Shown here one piece after another: positions 28,426 to 41,124 of a DNA stretch of 64,000 nucleotides. The position numbers were made by a program, and so were the translations under genes. Numbering within the stretch: the first letter of the stretch is position 1; each line of letters opens with the position of its first letter. This DNA comes from Lytechinus pictus (taxonomy: Eukaryota): contig NC_087246.1 in assembly GCF_037042905.1 (NCBI RefSeq), forward strand, positions 4,032,001 through 4,096,000, read 5' to 3'. Under the pieces are notes generated by a model. The model was not told the DNA's origin. It saw nothing but the letters and a program-made list of their open reading frames with translations, and ran no database searches.

Positions 28426-31400
28426 AAACAAAGAAATCCCCCCCCCCCCATTCTTATGAAGAGTAATAGATTTTCATTCATTTGAGCACTGAAAATTGTC
28501 AGGGCCATTTTCCACTGAAAATTGAAGAAAAAAAATTGCATCTAAAATCTGAAAATATAATTTTTTTTTCTACGCGTGTACAAACCTATGGAAAAACAAC
28601 CCTTCTGAACAATGTGACGTCATGCAATTCAGGCTTGAAAAGCCTTTTGTTGAAACGGTTAATTTGAGCTTTTCTTTCGCAAAATACTCAGCTGTCAAGC
28701 GGTAAATATGCATAAAATTTAAAACTTACATAGTTGTAGTATGGAGCTTACATAATTTCCATTTTGTCAATTTCACTTTTACCTCCAGTCTGGGTCTTTA
28801 AGTCCAAGTACTATTAAAGGATAACTACACATTCACTGTATTATCAGAGCCACATTATGCACATTTAAAATTGCTTTGGAAAAGCTAGGATTTGCAATTT
28901 TTTCTTCTAAAATCTTGACCAAAACTGGTAGTAAATGAGAAGTAAGAATTGATATGGCAGCAATCTAAGAGTGTAGCTTTAATTGGAGCGGTTCAGTGAA
29001 GCATTGAATTTGGTTTCTCTGGACTCCATTCTCATTAGGACACAGTGATGTATGACAGTAGGGCTCCTAGCTGTCAAGTGTCTGATATCTGATATGGTGA
29101 TAGAGAGATTGATAGGTGAACAGATTGTGATATTAGTGAGAAATAAGGGCTTCTTCATGAAGAAATGGTAAGATAAAGGGATACAAAAAATAAAAACAGT
29201 AAATGGATTGTATGAAAGTGAAGAGATATCCAAAGAAAAGATACAAAATATAGAATGGATGGATAGATGTTTATATAGCAGGGCAAAGACCAGTACTGCT
29301 GAGACGACTATACTACATTAACCATTGGGAGATTCTATCGCTCAGTGTAAAGAGAGCAAATGGGAAGTTATTAATCATCAGAGTGGCCAATCATCGCTTG
29401 AGAGATGATTCTGATACCCTGAGAAAGGGACGTAGGGAGGAGGCCAAACTGGGAGGAAGGGAGAGAGAAGATGGAAAACATTGTTGTTATAGAAGACTGA
29501 GAAAAGGTGTACATGGAGGAGGAGTGAGAAATAATGCCTAAGCTTCACAATATTTGCTTTCAGTATTAAATCCAAGAATAACTTGCTTTATTTTAAGCTT
29601 CTTGTAATATCAAATAAGGTGAGCGTAATGATAAATAAACATTTTTGACAGATGAAATAAGTTTATAGTGGTTTTGGTGTATGAAAGAAAATGTGAAGGA
29701 TAGATATATTTAAACAGATTGTGATGTATTATTTTTCTAAAGCTGATTTTAATGATACTATGGAAGTCTGATTCATAGCAGTCAGAAACCACATGACCCT
29801 CTAGCATGACATTTGAGTGGAAGAAATGATGGAATTCTCGAATAAAATATATAATTACAATAACAGTAAGGCTTTGAGTTTCTAAAGAAATTCAATAAAT
29901 AACACTGACAAGTAAAGCAGTAAAAGAAAAACATAACAGAAATTGTCAGAATGCTAACATGTCTGACAATAGAGCATTATACAAGTTATGTTCATTATCA
30001 TTATTTTCAATATTAATATTCAGTGAATTTAAGAAAACTCATATATATATATATATACATACATACAGACACAAAGAAAAGCTGTAAAATTGTGTACAAT
30101 TTCCAAGTTCATGGGTAACAAATATAGTAGGATAAAGAGATTAATGCGCAGCAAGGTCAAGAATGGAAGTTATTCGACTAAAAATACATTAGAGTATTGA
30201 AGCATTATAATCTCAACAGAAAAATTAAACAACTGATCATTATTCGTTTTCAATACAAAAAATGATTAAAAACTTGTTTTAAACAATGTGCAGACATAAG
30301 TTTATAACAAAACATTGAAAAAATGCTATAGAATTCCAAAATAAATTGAAACGAATGAAAAGAATTGCTACACACAGTAAATTACCAATGCCATTGTCAA
30401 TACTAGAGCCTATAGGCCTAAGTACTTGTAAAATTAGTATAGGTTGAATGTATGTAAAAAGCAGCAAGTTATTTAGGTTATTCAGAGCTAAAATACTATT
30501 ATAATTCACAGAATATACAGAGTGAAAATCATGAACCAGATTTGTATTTTGCTTCCCATATACACTACATCACAGGAATTCAATAAACTCTCTTATAAAA
30601 CTCATTCTTTCTGATTGAAATGCCATCTTAATATTATCCATGAAAAGTAGATTACTCCAATATATTTTTTCCTCTAGCATTGATGATATATCAAGGCCCC
30701 AAATATTCTTCATAACGATGCCTACGAGTCATGCATAGGACATGCCTATGCCAACTAAATTGGCTTGGCATAAAATTCCTTATCAAATTTGCAAAAGGCT
30801 GTATTTATAATGTATACGGATAGTCTACATATGCACATCCCCTTGTGTTCATTTCAATCATGGCTCACTCAATGTAATTGTATCTCAAAACTCACTCCAT
30901 CCTACAGGACGCCGGGTCTAAATAAGATTGAAAAATGCTCAATGCTCAATGCAAGTACACGCAGTTTCTCCCGTTTTGGCCACGAATCAAGCCCGATTAT
31001 TGATCCTTAAATGTGAGAGAAGCGGTATTGATTGGGTTTGGGAAATGATGAAGAGAGAGTTTTGAATTACAGTATGAAATGGTAGAGACTACTCGTGGAG
31101 GATAGGTCGCTGGTTTTGACATTATGATGGAGATGGAGGCAACTGGGATGGTGTCAGTGCCGTGGCATTGAGATGAAGAAGCTCTCATCCAGACTACATC
31201 ACAATGCATGCATGGGTATATGTAAAGCAAACATGTCCCCATCTTTTCAATAAAGGTCTTATGGGGGCCAGTGAAAAAATTAAAAGATTTTCAGTATAGG
31301 GGCTATTTTCCAAATTTAGGATCCTTCTAAACTACATTTTGTAATGAACACCATGACTCTTATGAAACTTATTTTAAACTTATTTGCAAATATTATGCAC

Positions 31401-31639
31401 ATACATTAGCCCATATACATTTTCACCGTTACATATAGAATATTCTGCACAAGACAATGTGTAAAAACTCTTCTTTGTTAGAATATAAGCAATATTTTGC
31501 CTTACAAACCAGTTTTGTTTTTAGTATCCCAAATTTAAAATTGAGAAAGCAAATCCCTATGATCAATTACATGTACAGTTGTACCATCTATTTATACTAT
31601 TTATAAATATTCCTGTTGTTATTTTTGGTCCCTTTTTTA

Positions 31640-32600
31640 AAACAAGTGGAATGCCTCTGGCCGTCTCACCTGCATCACGCGATTCAATATAGCAGCAGTG
31701 CTGATTTTGAAAACTACTATAACTCGCACAAGATGTTCAGTGATACTTGGTTACTCTTATTTCCACGTTTTATGAACTAGACCAATACACTTATAGAGAT
31801 ATGATGGCAATTCAACAAATACCCCCAACGTGGCCAACGTTCTTTGACCTTACATGACCTTTGACCTTGATCATGTGACCTGAAACTCGCACAGGATGTT
31901 CAGTGATACTTGATTACTATTATGTCCAAGTTTTATGAACTAGACCAACACACTTTCAAATTTATGGCTGTAATTCAACAAATACCCCAATTTGGCCAAA
32001 GTTCATTGACCCTAAATGACCTTTGACCTTGATCATGTGACCTGAAACTTGCACAGGATGTTCAGTAATACTTGATTACTATTATGTCCAAGTTTCATGA
32101 ATCAGATCCATAAACTTTCAAAGTTATGATGGTAATTCAACAGATACCCCCAATTCGGCCAAAGTTCATTGACCCTAAATGACCTTTGACCTTGGTCATG
32201 TGATGTGAAACTCATGCAGGATGTTCAGTGATACTTGATTAACCTTATGTATAAGTTTCATGAACTAGGTCCATATATTTTCTAAGTTATGATGACATTT
32301 CAAAAACTTAACCTTAGGTTAAGATTTTGATGTTGATTCCCCCAACATGGTCTAAGTTCATTGACCCTAAATGACCTTTGACCTTGGTCATGTGACATGA
32401 AACTCAGGCAGGATGTTCAGTAATACTTGATTAACCTTATGGCCAAGTTTCATGAACTAGGTCCATATACTTTCTAAGTTATGCTGTCATTTCAAAAACT
32501 TAACCTCAGGTTAAGATTTGGTGTTGACGCCGTCGCCGTCGCCGCCGCCGTCGGAAAAGCGGCGCCTATAGTCTCACTCTGCTATGCAGGTGAGACAATA
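31640..32600 (-). mobile_element. Helentron-associated (HINE/DINE-like) non-autonomous element with an internal ~140-bp tandem array
   Basis: Sub-terminal IR GTCTCACCTGCAT (~31663) / ATGCAGGTGAGAC (~32584); terminal hairpin GTCTCAC..GTGAGAC; (GCC/GTC)n microsatellite; about 6 units containing TGACCTTTGACCTT; A-rich insertion site with no TSD. Confidence 0.75.
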
Positions 32601-35010
32601 AAAACCTTATTCTCCACAGAACAAGGTATGTTTGGCACTAGTTTGGAATACTCGTAAACAGATGAACCTGCACATTTGACCAACTGTTCATTATAAAAAA
32701 AGCATGTTGATGTTTATTTTTCATAGTACGTATTTCGCTTTGTGAGAAAAATTATTATTAATCTTAGTTACTTGAAATATAAAAGAGATTTGAATTGATT
32801 TGACAGTTGATTTATTTAGAATATATGCCATTTATTACTTTATGTTCTATTAAAATGACTACCTACATGTATCATGCTTTTTTTTAAATAAAGTTGTTGG
32901 ATTTTACAATCATGAGGGACTACATAATTGCAAATCTATCTATGTCTTTGCAAAACATGTATGAAGCAAGTGTGTATTAATTAAAAGTTACAAACATTAT
33001 TTGTAAAGCAGCAATTAGATACACATCATCACAGATTTTAGATGAAATGTGTGCTATATAAAAGCAGAATTATCATTTCATGCTTGGAATCACATCATGG
33101 AAAAGTAAGTTTACTTTTAATACAATTATTTATTATTATTCACATACCATTTTACATACAGGTGTATCTGTATTTCTTCCATTAAATGATTGCTTTTTGA
33201 AGACTTATTGTTCGCAATTCATCAACTCTTGAAATGAATTGTGATATTAATTTTTCAAACTCTCAAAAATATGGTAAGATCTGAATAGTCTTGGGGGGGG
33301 GGGGGGGTCATTATCGCAATCCGCAAACTCTTTGTGTAAAAGACCTATGTACATGTATTATGCAGTTTAGAGCATTTTTCACCTATACCCTCCCGCCCTT
33401 CCCATCCTCCTCTATTCAAAATGCTGCTTTATTACCAAGGCACTACTTGTATTACCCAGCCACTACCGAGTTCACAGAGTTTTCAGGACACACAAAGTCA
33501 CACATAAATTTACATGAAGCAATAGCTTGCCATGCTCTGTCTTATGGGTTTAGGAAGTGTCATCATCATCACCAATGATAGGGACATCTTAGGTTTAGAA
33601 AACTCTCTTGGGTTTCATTCTTATTGTCGGATTAAAAACTAGACCTTGTCAGGTAGTGATATGCATCAATAGTGGACAATTGTTTTGTAAAAGATTAAAG
33701 CATATTAGAATGAAATAACAAAAAAGTTTAAAAGTTTATGCACTTGACCAGAAGAACCTGACAATAATTATATGATGAAATACGTTTCCTATATAAAACA
33801 ATGCATGAAAAACTACCAAACAGTGTATTTTCAGATGCTTATTTGTGATGATTTTTTTAATTCTCAATTGCACCATTTATCAGAACATTGGACCCCCTAA
33901 CCCCTGACCAAAAATGGAATATTGTGAGCAGAGGGCACTTACAACTGACTGAACCTTAATCTCTATGTATCTGGATGCATACATGTACTGTATGTCTCTT
34001 ACAAATATATGTGAGGAGCTGTAGCAGGTATTCCCTGCTGCATGCATGAAAAAAAAAGATGTAGGGGCTATTATATGCCTAATAAAGATAAAACATTAAC
34101 AACAAAAACAGAAGTGATGGACCCCAATTTTTTTCAATCTGTCACAGCACATATTCTTTCGAGGAGGTGGTGCTGTGACCTTTGTCTTCTGAACTAGTGA
34201 TGCCAAAATCTAATAATCCTCACTCTACATTGTACACACATATTGCCAAATACATGTATAGTGACCTTTAATATTGATACCCCTAACTAATCAGATCTTC
34301 ATACTTCATCCCTCCTATACTTACATGTAAAACAATTGTTTGGTCAGCAAGAGAATGGAAAAGGGAAGGACAGATAACCCTAACACATAATGACCAATAG
34401 CAACCACCCTGTGAAAGTAAATATCCTAAAATTGTAATTCAAATTTCACATGAAAAAAGTAACATTCCATGCATCACTCTAATAATGTATGCAGGAAGTA
34501 GCTTTCATCAGAAAAAGTAAACATAAATATGGATTTCATACATATTCATAGGAATGGAAATCCCATTAGTTGTTCACGTGAGTGGATTGCACGGGACCTG
34601 AATGTAAGTTCAAGACTCGAGTATATATTTTATATTTCTACACCAATTTCGCTTTAAAAAATGTTGCCCGTGTCTGTAATTTATAATATAATATCGATAC
34701 AGTGAATGGAGTAACTTTCATTCTAGCTGACAGAGCAGTTAAGTGCCACCTCTCCCACTACTAAAAATAAAAGCTCTTTTTGTATTAAATAACATTTGAT
34801 TTCATTGTCAGTACTATTGAATGTCTTTCAAATTCCAGTTCATGGTAAGTTACACACGTAACTATTGAAATTGTAAAAACAATCTCCTTGTTTTTGCATT
34901 ACACACAAAGAGACAGTAAATGGTTTCTTCATTTGAAATACGTTACGATGAAAGGGATGACCGATGTTAGAACATGAGAGTTCATGAAAAGGTTAGTGAT
35001 GTTTACTTAC

Positions 35011-35085
35011 TCTTTAATTTTGCTCTGACTTTGTTTGCTGTTTTCTTGATGTCACTCATCAACTCCTCCAATTCATCTTTGACTT
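35011..35085 (-). CDS. Stx1: Syntaxin-1 coding exon (Hb helix)
   Basis: (K)[27 protein letters not shown] acceptor, GTAAGT donor; 75 bp; phase matches neighbouring exons. Confidence 0.96.
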
Positions 35086-35224
35086 CTGCAAATGGAAAAT
35101 AAAATAAGGAAAAAAATAATTAAATATGCCTCTAAGTTGTGAAGTTTTTTTCTGGGATGAGGGCACTAAGAAATAGAGGAAGGGGGTGGAGTGATGAGGA
35201 GGAAAAATTATGGTGGTGTAGGTG

Positions 35225-35360
35225 ATTTGATAAATGATGATGATGATTTCAATGATGATAAAAAGTGATGATGGTCGTAGTGATGGTGAGCATTGTGGTA
35301 ATGGTAGTGGTGGTGATTATGATAATGATCAGTTTCATATTGGTGGTGGTGGTAATGTTG
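35225..35360. repeat. Degenerate (GAT/GGT)n low-complexity tract
   Basis: Direct inspection; source of the M/V-rich and T/I-rich pseudo-ORFs. Confidence 0.7.
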
Positions 35361-36115
35361 ATTACATGTACGACTAAACAACACCAGAACAATGACAAAT
35401 TATCTCCTTTAAAGAGAGGGAAAAGGGAAAGGCGGAGGGGAAGATGCAACCTACTGCTAATCTTCTTTTACAGCTCATCCACAAATTGTGAAAATTTGTA
35501 AGAATTTCTTTTTATTACAAATACAACTATCAATCCACCCCCCCCAAAAAAAAAAGACTACAAACAAAACACTTGCTTTCAATTAATACTGATTTCTTGT
35601 TTCAAAGGCTATATCATTACATATATGTTTTACAAAAAATACACCATCTCTTAATTTGTACATACTAGTTTCACATCAGCAGTAGATATCATAATACCAA
35701 TTCACACAGAGTAAAATTGGAAAAAGTTTCAATTACACTAGATAAATCATCTGTGAAGGGAACACTTGTGTACTTAAAAAAAAATTTAACCATAGGGCCT
35801 GCACATATTATATACTGTATATATCAAAGGTTGAGTCAGAACCTGTTCAGAAAGTCCATCTCTTAATCAGAGACTACATGTATATGTACTTTCTGTTTTG
35901 TTTTGGCAACCGAATGTAGAAAACTACAGGTCCTATGGATGTACTGTTCATACTTGTAATTTATTTCTGTACTAATGTGAAGTTTCCTTCCTTGATTATG
36001 AGGGCCTATGGTTTGCTGGTAATATGTAATCAGTTCATCCAACAATGTACCGAATGCAATAGAACAAATTATTTCAAGGAATGTTTATCAGGTACCTTTA
36101 CTGTATGAATGCTAC

Positions 36116-39100
36116 TATGAGGCGCCGAATGTACCAATATTATATAGAACAATTATTTGTTATATAATCATTATTTATTAAATAATAACTATTATTTATA
36201 TATAATTTACATTTTATTTGTAAATAACTACTATTATATAAAATATCATTTCTAATTATTTATATATAATTCCAAGTAATACTTCATTATTTGTAAATAA
36301 TAATAGTTCGACATTCCATTATTTATAAATAATGATTATTTGTTTTTCATTATTTGTAAATAATGATTATTTGTTTTTCATTATTTATAAATAATGATTA
36401 TTTGTTTTTCATTATTTATAAATAATGATTATTTGTTTTTCATTATTTATAAATAATGATTATTTGTTTTTCATTATTTATAAATAATGATTATTTGTTT
36501 TTCATTATTTACAAATAATGATTATTTGTTTTTCATTATTTATAAATAATGATTATTTGTTTTTCATTATTTATAAATAATTTGTTGAGTTTTCCATTAT
36601 TTATAAATAATGATTATTTGTTAAATAATGAAAACGTCTACTTCATTATTTATAAATAATTTTTTCGAGTGCACCATTATTCTCATTATTTATAAATAAT
36701 CATTATTTAATGTTCGAGTTTTCCATTATTTATAAATAATCATTATTTATATACAAATAACCATTATTTATTAAATAATGCCATTATTTATTAAATAATG
36801 CCATTATTTATTAAATAATGGAAAACTCGCTATAACATGCAAATGTGGGACCGCCCATGATATGAATATTCATGATGCGATTTCCTTTTTCGTGATTTTT
36901 CTTCACAAATTTTTGTCCATTTCCTCTTCATAATGACATTTCTTGAAGCAATTTTCTAGGGATATGGTCTGATTGTAATATTCTTCATTTTCTATATAAC
37001 TTCGTCTTCGTAGAAATATCAAAAAGTGTAATTTTATACGATTTTTCCTACAGTTCACAATCCCCATAGGCGCGCGTGTACGGTAGGGACAACCGGTGAA
37101 TCGACGGAGTGCTCTTCATCGAAATACTACGTTGGTTGGTCCCCGGAAGTGGCGGGCGGAATTTAGCCCGAATCCTCGATGGAAGTCGATCAAGTGCATA
37201 TGAGCTGAGAGAGTGAAATATCAGTGTACTTGTACAGGCCCTTCTACTTTTTATAAATATTTCTTGTTGCTTTTTTTGTTAAGTTAATTTTTCCTGGTGT
37301 AGAAATAAGTTTCAGTTCTAATAATGCACTTCAAATACATTTTGGAGTGTCTGTTTGAGGCGTTTGGGGCGATTTCACCCTGGCCCCAAAATGCTCGCAA
37401 CGACAATACGGGGGCATGATGACCCCTTAATTTTTAAAAACTTATTTTTCTATTGAAAATTATCACAAAATTCACCAAAAGTGTGCACGAAAGCCTTCGT
37501 ATTTCACTTTTAAAACTCCGAAAAGTGCCCAAATGACAAGCTTGGTCGCTTCGCTGTGTCGCTTTCAACTTGAGAACGTTTACGCGTCTGCTCCCCCCCC
37601 CCCCCCTCCTCCGAAAGAAATTCTGTATACGGCCATGCTCTAAAGAGCCTGGCACATTGATTTATGTATACTTTCATTTTCATTATTTTTATCTCATTAT
37701 CAACATGGCCTTACGCAGAATTTTTTCCAGGGGGGCCGGGGCCGGAGCATGACGCGCGTAAACTTTCTCAAAAAAATCTTGAAAGCGAGACAGCCACGGG
37801 ACCAAGCCCAAATGACAAGCTTTGTCGCTTCGCTGTCTCGCTTTCAACTTGAGAACGTTTACACGCGTCTGCCCCCACCCCCCGAAAGAAATTCTGTGAA
37901 CAGCCATGCTCAAAAGAGCATATGGCACATTGATTTATATGTACTTTTCATTTTCATTATTTTTATCACATTATCATCATGGCCTTACACAGAATTTTTA
38001 CCGGGGGGGGGGGGGGGGGGGCAGCTAGGACGCGCGTAAAGTTTCTCAAAAAATCTTGAAAGCGAGACAGCGACGCGACCAAGCTCAAATGACAAGCTTG
38101 GTCGCTTCGCTTTCTCAAGATTTTTATGAGAAAGTTTACGCGCGTCCTGCTCCCCCCACCCCCCCCCGGAAAAAATTCTGCGTAAGGCCATGATGATAAT
38201 GAGATAAAAATAATGAAAATGAAGTATACATAAATCAATGTGCCAGGCTCTTTAGAGCATGGCTGTTCACAGAATTTCTTTCGGAGGAGGGGGGGGGGGG
38301 GGGGGGGAAGCAGACGCGTAAACGTTCTCAAGTTGAAAGCGACACAGCGAAGCGACCAAGCTTGTCATTTGGGCACTTTTTGGAGTTTTAAAAGTGAAAT
38401 ACGAAGGCTTTCGTGCACACTTTTGGTGAATTTTGTGATAATTTTCAATAGAAAAATAAGTTTTTAAAAAATTAGGGGTCATCATGCCCCCGTATTGTCG
38501 TTGCGAGCATTTTGGGGCCAGGGTGAAATCGCCCCAAACGCCTCAAACAGACACTCCAAAATGTATTTGAAGTGCATTATTAGAACTGAAACTTATTTCT
38601 ACACCAGGAAAAATTAACTTAACAAAAAAAGCAACAAGAAATATTTATAAAAAGTAGAAGGGCCTGTACAAGTACACTGATATTTCACTCTCTCAGCTCA
38701 TATGCACTTGATCGACTTCCATCGAGGATTCGGGCTAAATTCCGCCCGCCACTTCCGGGGACCAACCAACGTAGTATTTCGATGAAGAGCACTCCGTCGA
38801 TTCACCGGTTGTCCCTACCGTACACGCGCGCCTATGGGGATTGTGAACTGTAGGAAAAATCGTATAAAATTACACTTTTTGATATTTCTACGAAGACGAA
38901 GTTATATAGAAAATGAAGAATATTACAATCAGACCATATCCCTAGAAAATTGCTTCAAGAAATGTCATTATGAAGAGGAAATGGACAAAAATTTGTGAAG
39001 AAAAATCACGAAAAAGGAAATCGCATCATGAATATTCATATCATGGGCGGTCCCACATTTGCATGTTATAGCGAGTTTTCCATTATTTAATAAATAATGG

Positions 39101-39786
39101 CATTATTTAATAAATAATGGCATTATTTAATAAATAATGGTTATTTGTATATAAATAATGATTATTTATAAATAATGGAAAACTCGAACATTAAATAATG
39201 ATTATTTATAAATAATGAGAATAATGGTGCACTCGAAAAAATTATTTATAAATAATGAAGTAGACGTTTTCATTATTTAACAAATAATCATTATTTATAA
39301 ATAATGGAAAACTCAACAAATTATTTATAAATAATGAAAAACAAATAATCATTATTTATAAATAATGAAAAACAAATAATCATTATTTGTAAATAATGAA
39401 AAACAAATAATCATTATTTTATAAATAATGAAAAACAAATAATCATTATTTATAAATAATGAAAAACAAATAATCATTATTTATAAATAATGAAAAACAA
39501 ATAATCATTATTTATAAATAATGAAAAACAAATAATCATTATTTATAAATAATGAAAAACAAATAATCATTATTTATAAATAATGGAATGTCGAACTATT
39601 ATTATTTACAAATAATGAAGTATTACTTGGAATTATATATAAATAATTAGAAATGATATTTTATATAATAGTAGTTATTTACAAATAAAATGTAAATTAT
39701 ATATAAATAATAGTTATTATTTAATAAATAATGATTATATAACAAATAATTGTTCTATATAATATTGGTACATTCGGCGCCTCATA
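36116..39786. mobile_element. Foldback-type element: ~3.67 kb with ~1.6-kb near-identical inverted arms
   Basis: Starts TATGAGGCGCCGAATGTACC and ends GGTACATTCGGCGCCTCATA; outer AT-rich tandem-repeat domain, inner unique domain and central ~280-bp repeated units; no coding capacity seen. Confidence 0.92.
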
Positions 39787-41124
39787 CGCTACAGCATGTA
39801 CATGTAAGGTTTACAAACATTGTATGATACGCTAGTAGAATGCTGTCATTACAAATACCAGCACACATGTATACAACAGAGAAGTATCTGTGCACACACA
39901 TGTGAACGCTAGTATAAGAGCAATATCAAAACACATAAGTGAACGCTCCATCAGACAATATTGGCGCACATATGTGAACGATTCATTGAGCAATATTTGG
40001 TGTAATATAGAATCATGGATTTTATTGATACAGACTCGTGACATTTGATAGCGGAGCACTGCACATTGGATGGGTTTGATGGAGTAATAAAGACCTGCAC
40101 AAACAATCTACCTTTAGCCTCTATGCCAGACTGCACTCTTATTCACTTCATACTCATTTGTAGACAAATGATGGCAATACTTTGTAACAACAAATTATTT
40201 TCAAATAATTATTCATTTTCCAGTTCAGTAACTCATTTTCATATTTTGCCATTTCACTGTGACATTAACTGGCTAATTTTGCACTTGTACTTTGCCTCAT
40301 CCATCTTTGAAAATTTATTGCACATCGAAACAAAGCAAATTCATGTCACAAATAATTGAAATAAGTACAAGTATAGGTGTATGTCAAAATATTGGATAAT
40401 AGAATAAACATTACTACACTAAATAGCTGCATGTAATCACATCAACCTTTCCCCTATGGAAATTTAGGACATGTCGAAGATTGCTTTTCACTTTTGTATC
40501 AAACACTTTTATGGTAGGCTACCAATTTGCAATGAGCCCAATATCATGCGCCTATGAGTGTACGAGGTTTATGAGTTAATCATACATGTTAATGATGAGG
40601 TAATCATGAGAGAATGGATGATCTAGACTTTAAAACATTAGCTCAATCTTCCTGGGGTAAACATTTATTTCCTCTAACCTTTATGCAGCACGATACAGGT
40701 ATATGGAGAAAGAATACTGACCGGCAATATATTCAGATTTTACAATGAATACATTGAAACATCCCTTATGTGCACAGCCTTGGAGATAAGCTGCTGAAAT
40801 TATTCATTAATAAATATACCGGTATTTGTATCATCATTTAAATCCTATTTGTTCATTCATATATTAAAAAATTAATGGATTTACCTATATATTAATGTAT
40901 TTTATTTAATCATTGATTCATGTATTTGTTTTTATTTGATTTATTAATTTATTTAATCATTTATTTATTTTATTCTATTTTATCGATCAATTTTTTCAGT
41001 TTTTCTTTACTGATTCAGAAGTGTAACAAGTACATGTATCTTCTGAGAAAAGGAGTATTATATAAAGCTGGTAACAACTACCTATTAACATTTTTAAAGA
41101 GGAATGAGAAGAAAAAGTGCCTTT

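Noticed and set aside
37434..38485. Cluster of ORFs with poly-Pro/poly-Gly inside the foldback (possible transposase)
   Set aside because: Short mirror-image ORFs derived from poly-G/C tracts; no DDE or other domain motif
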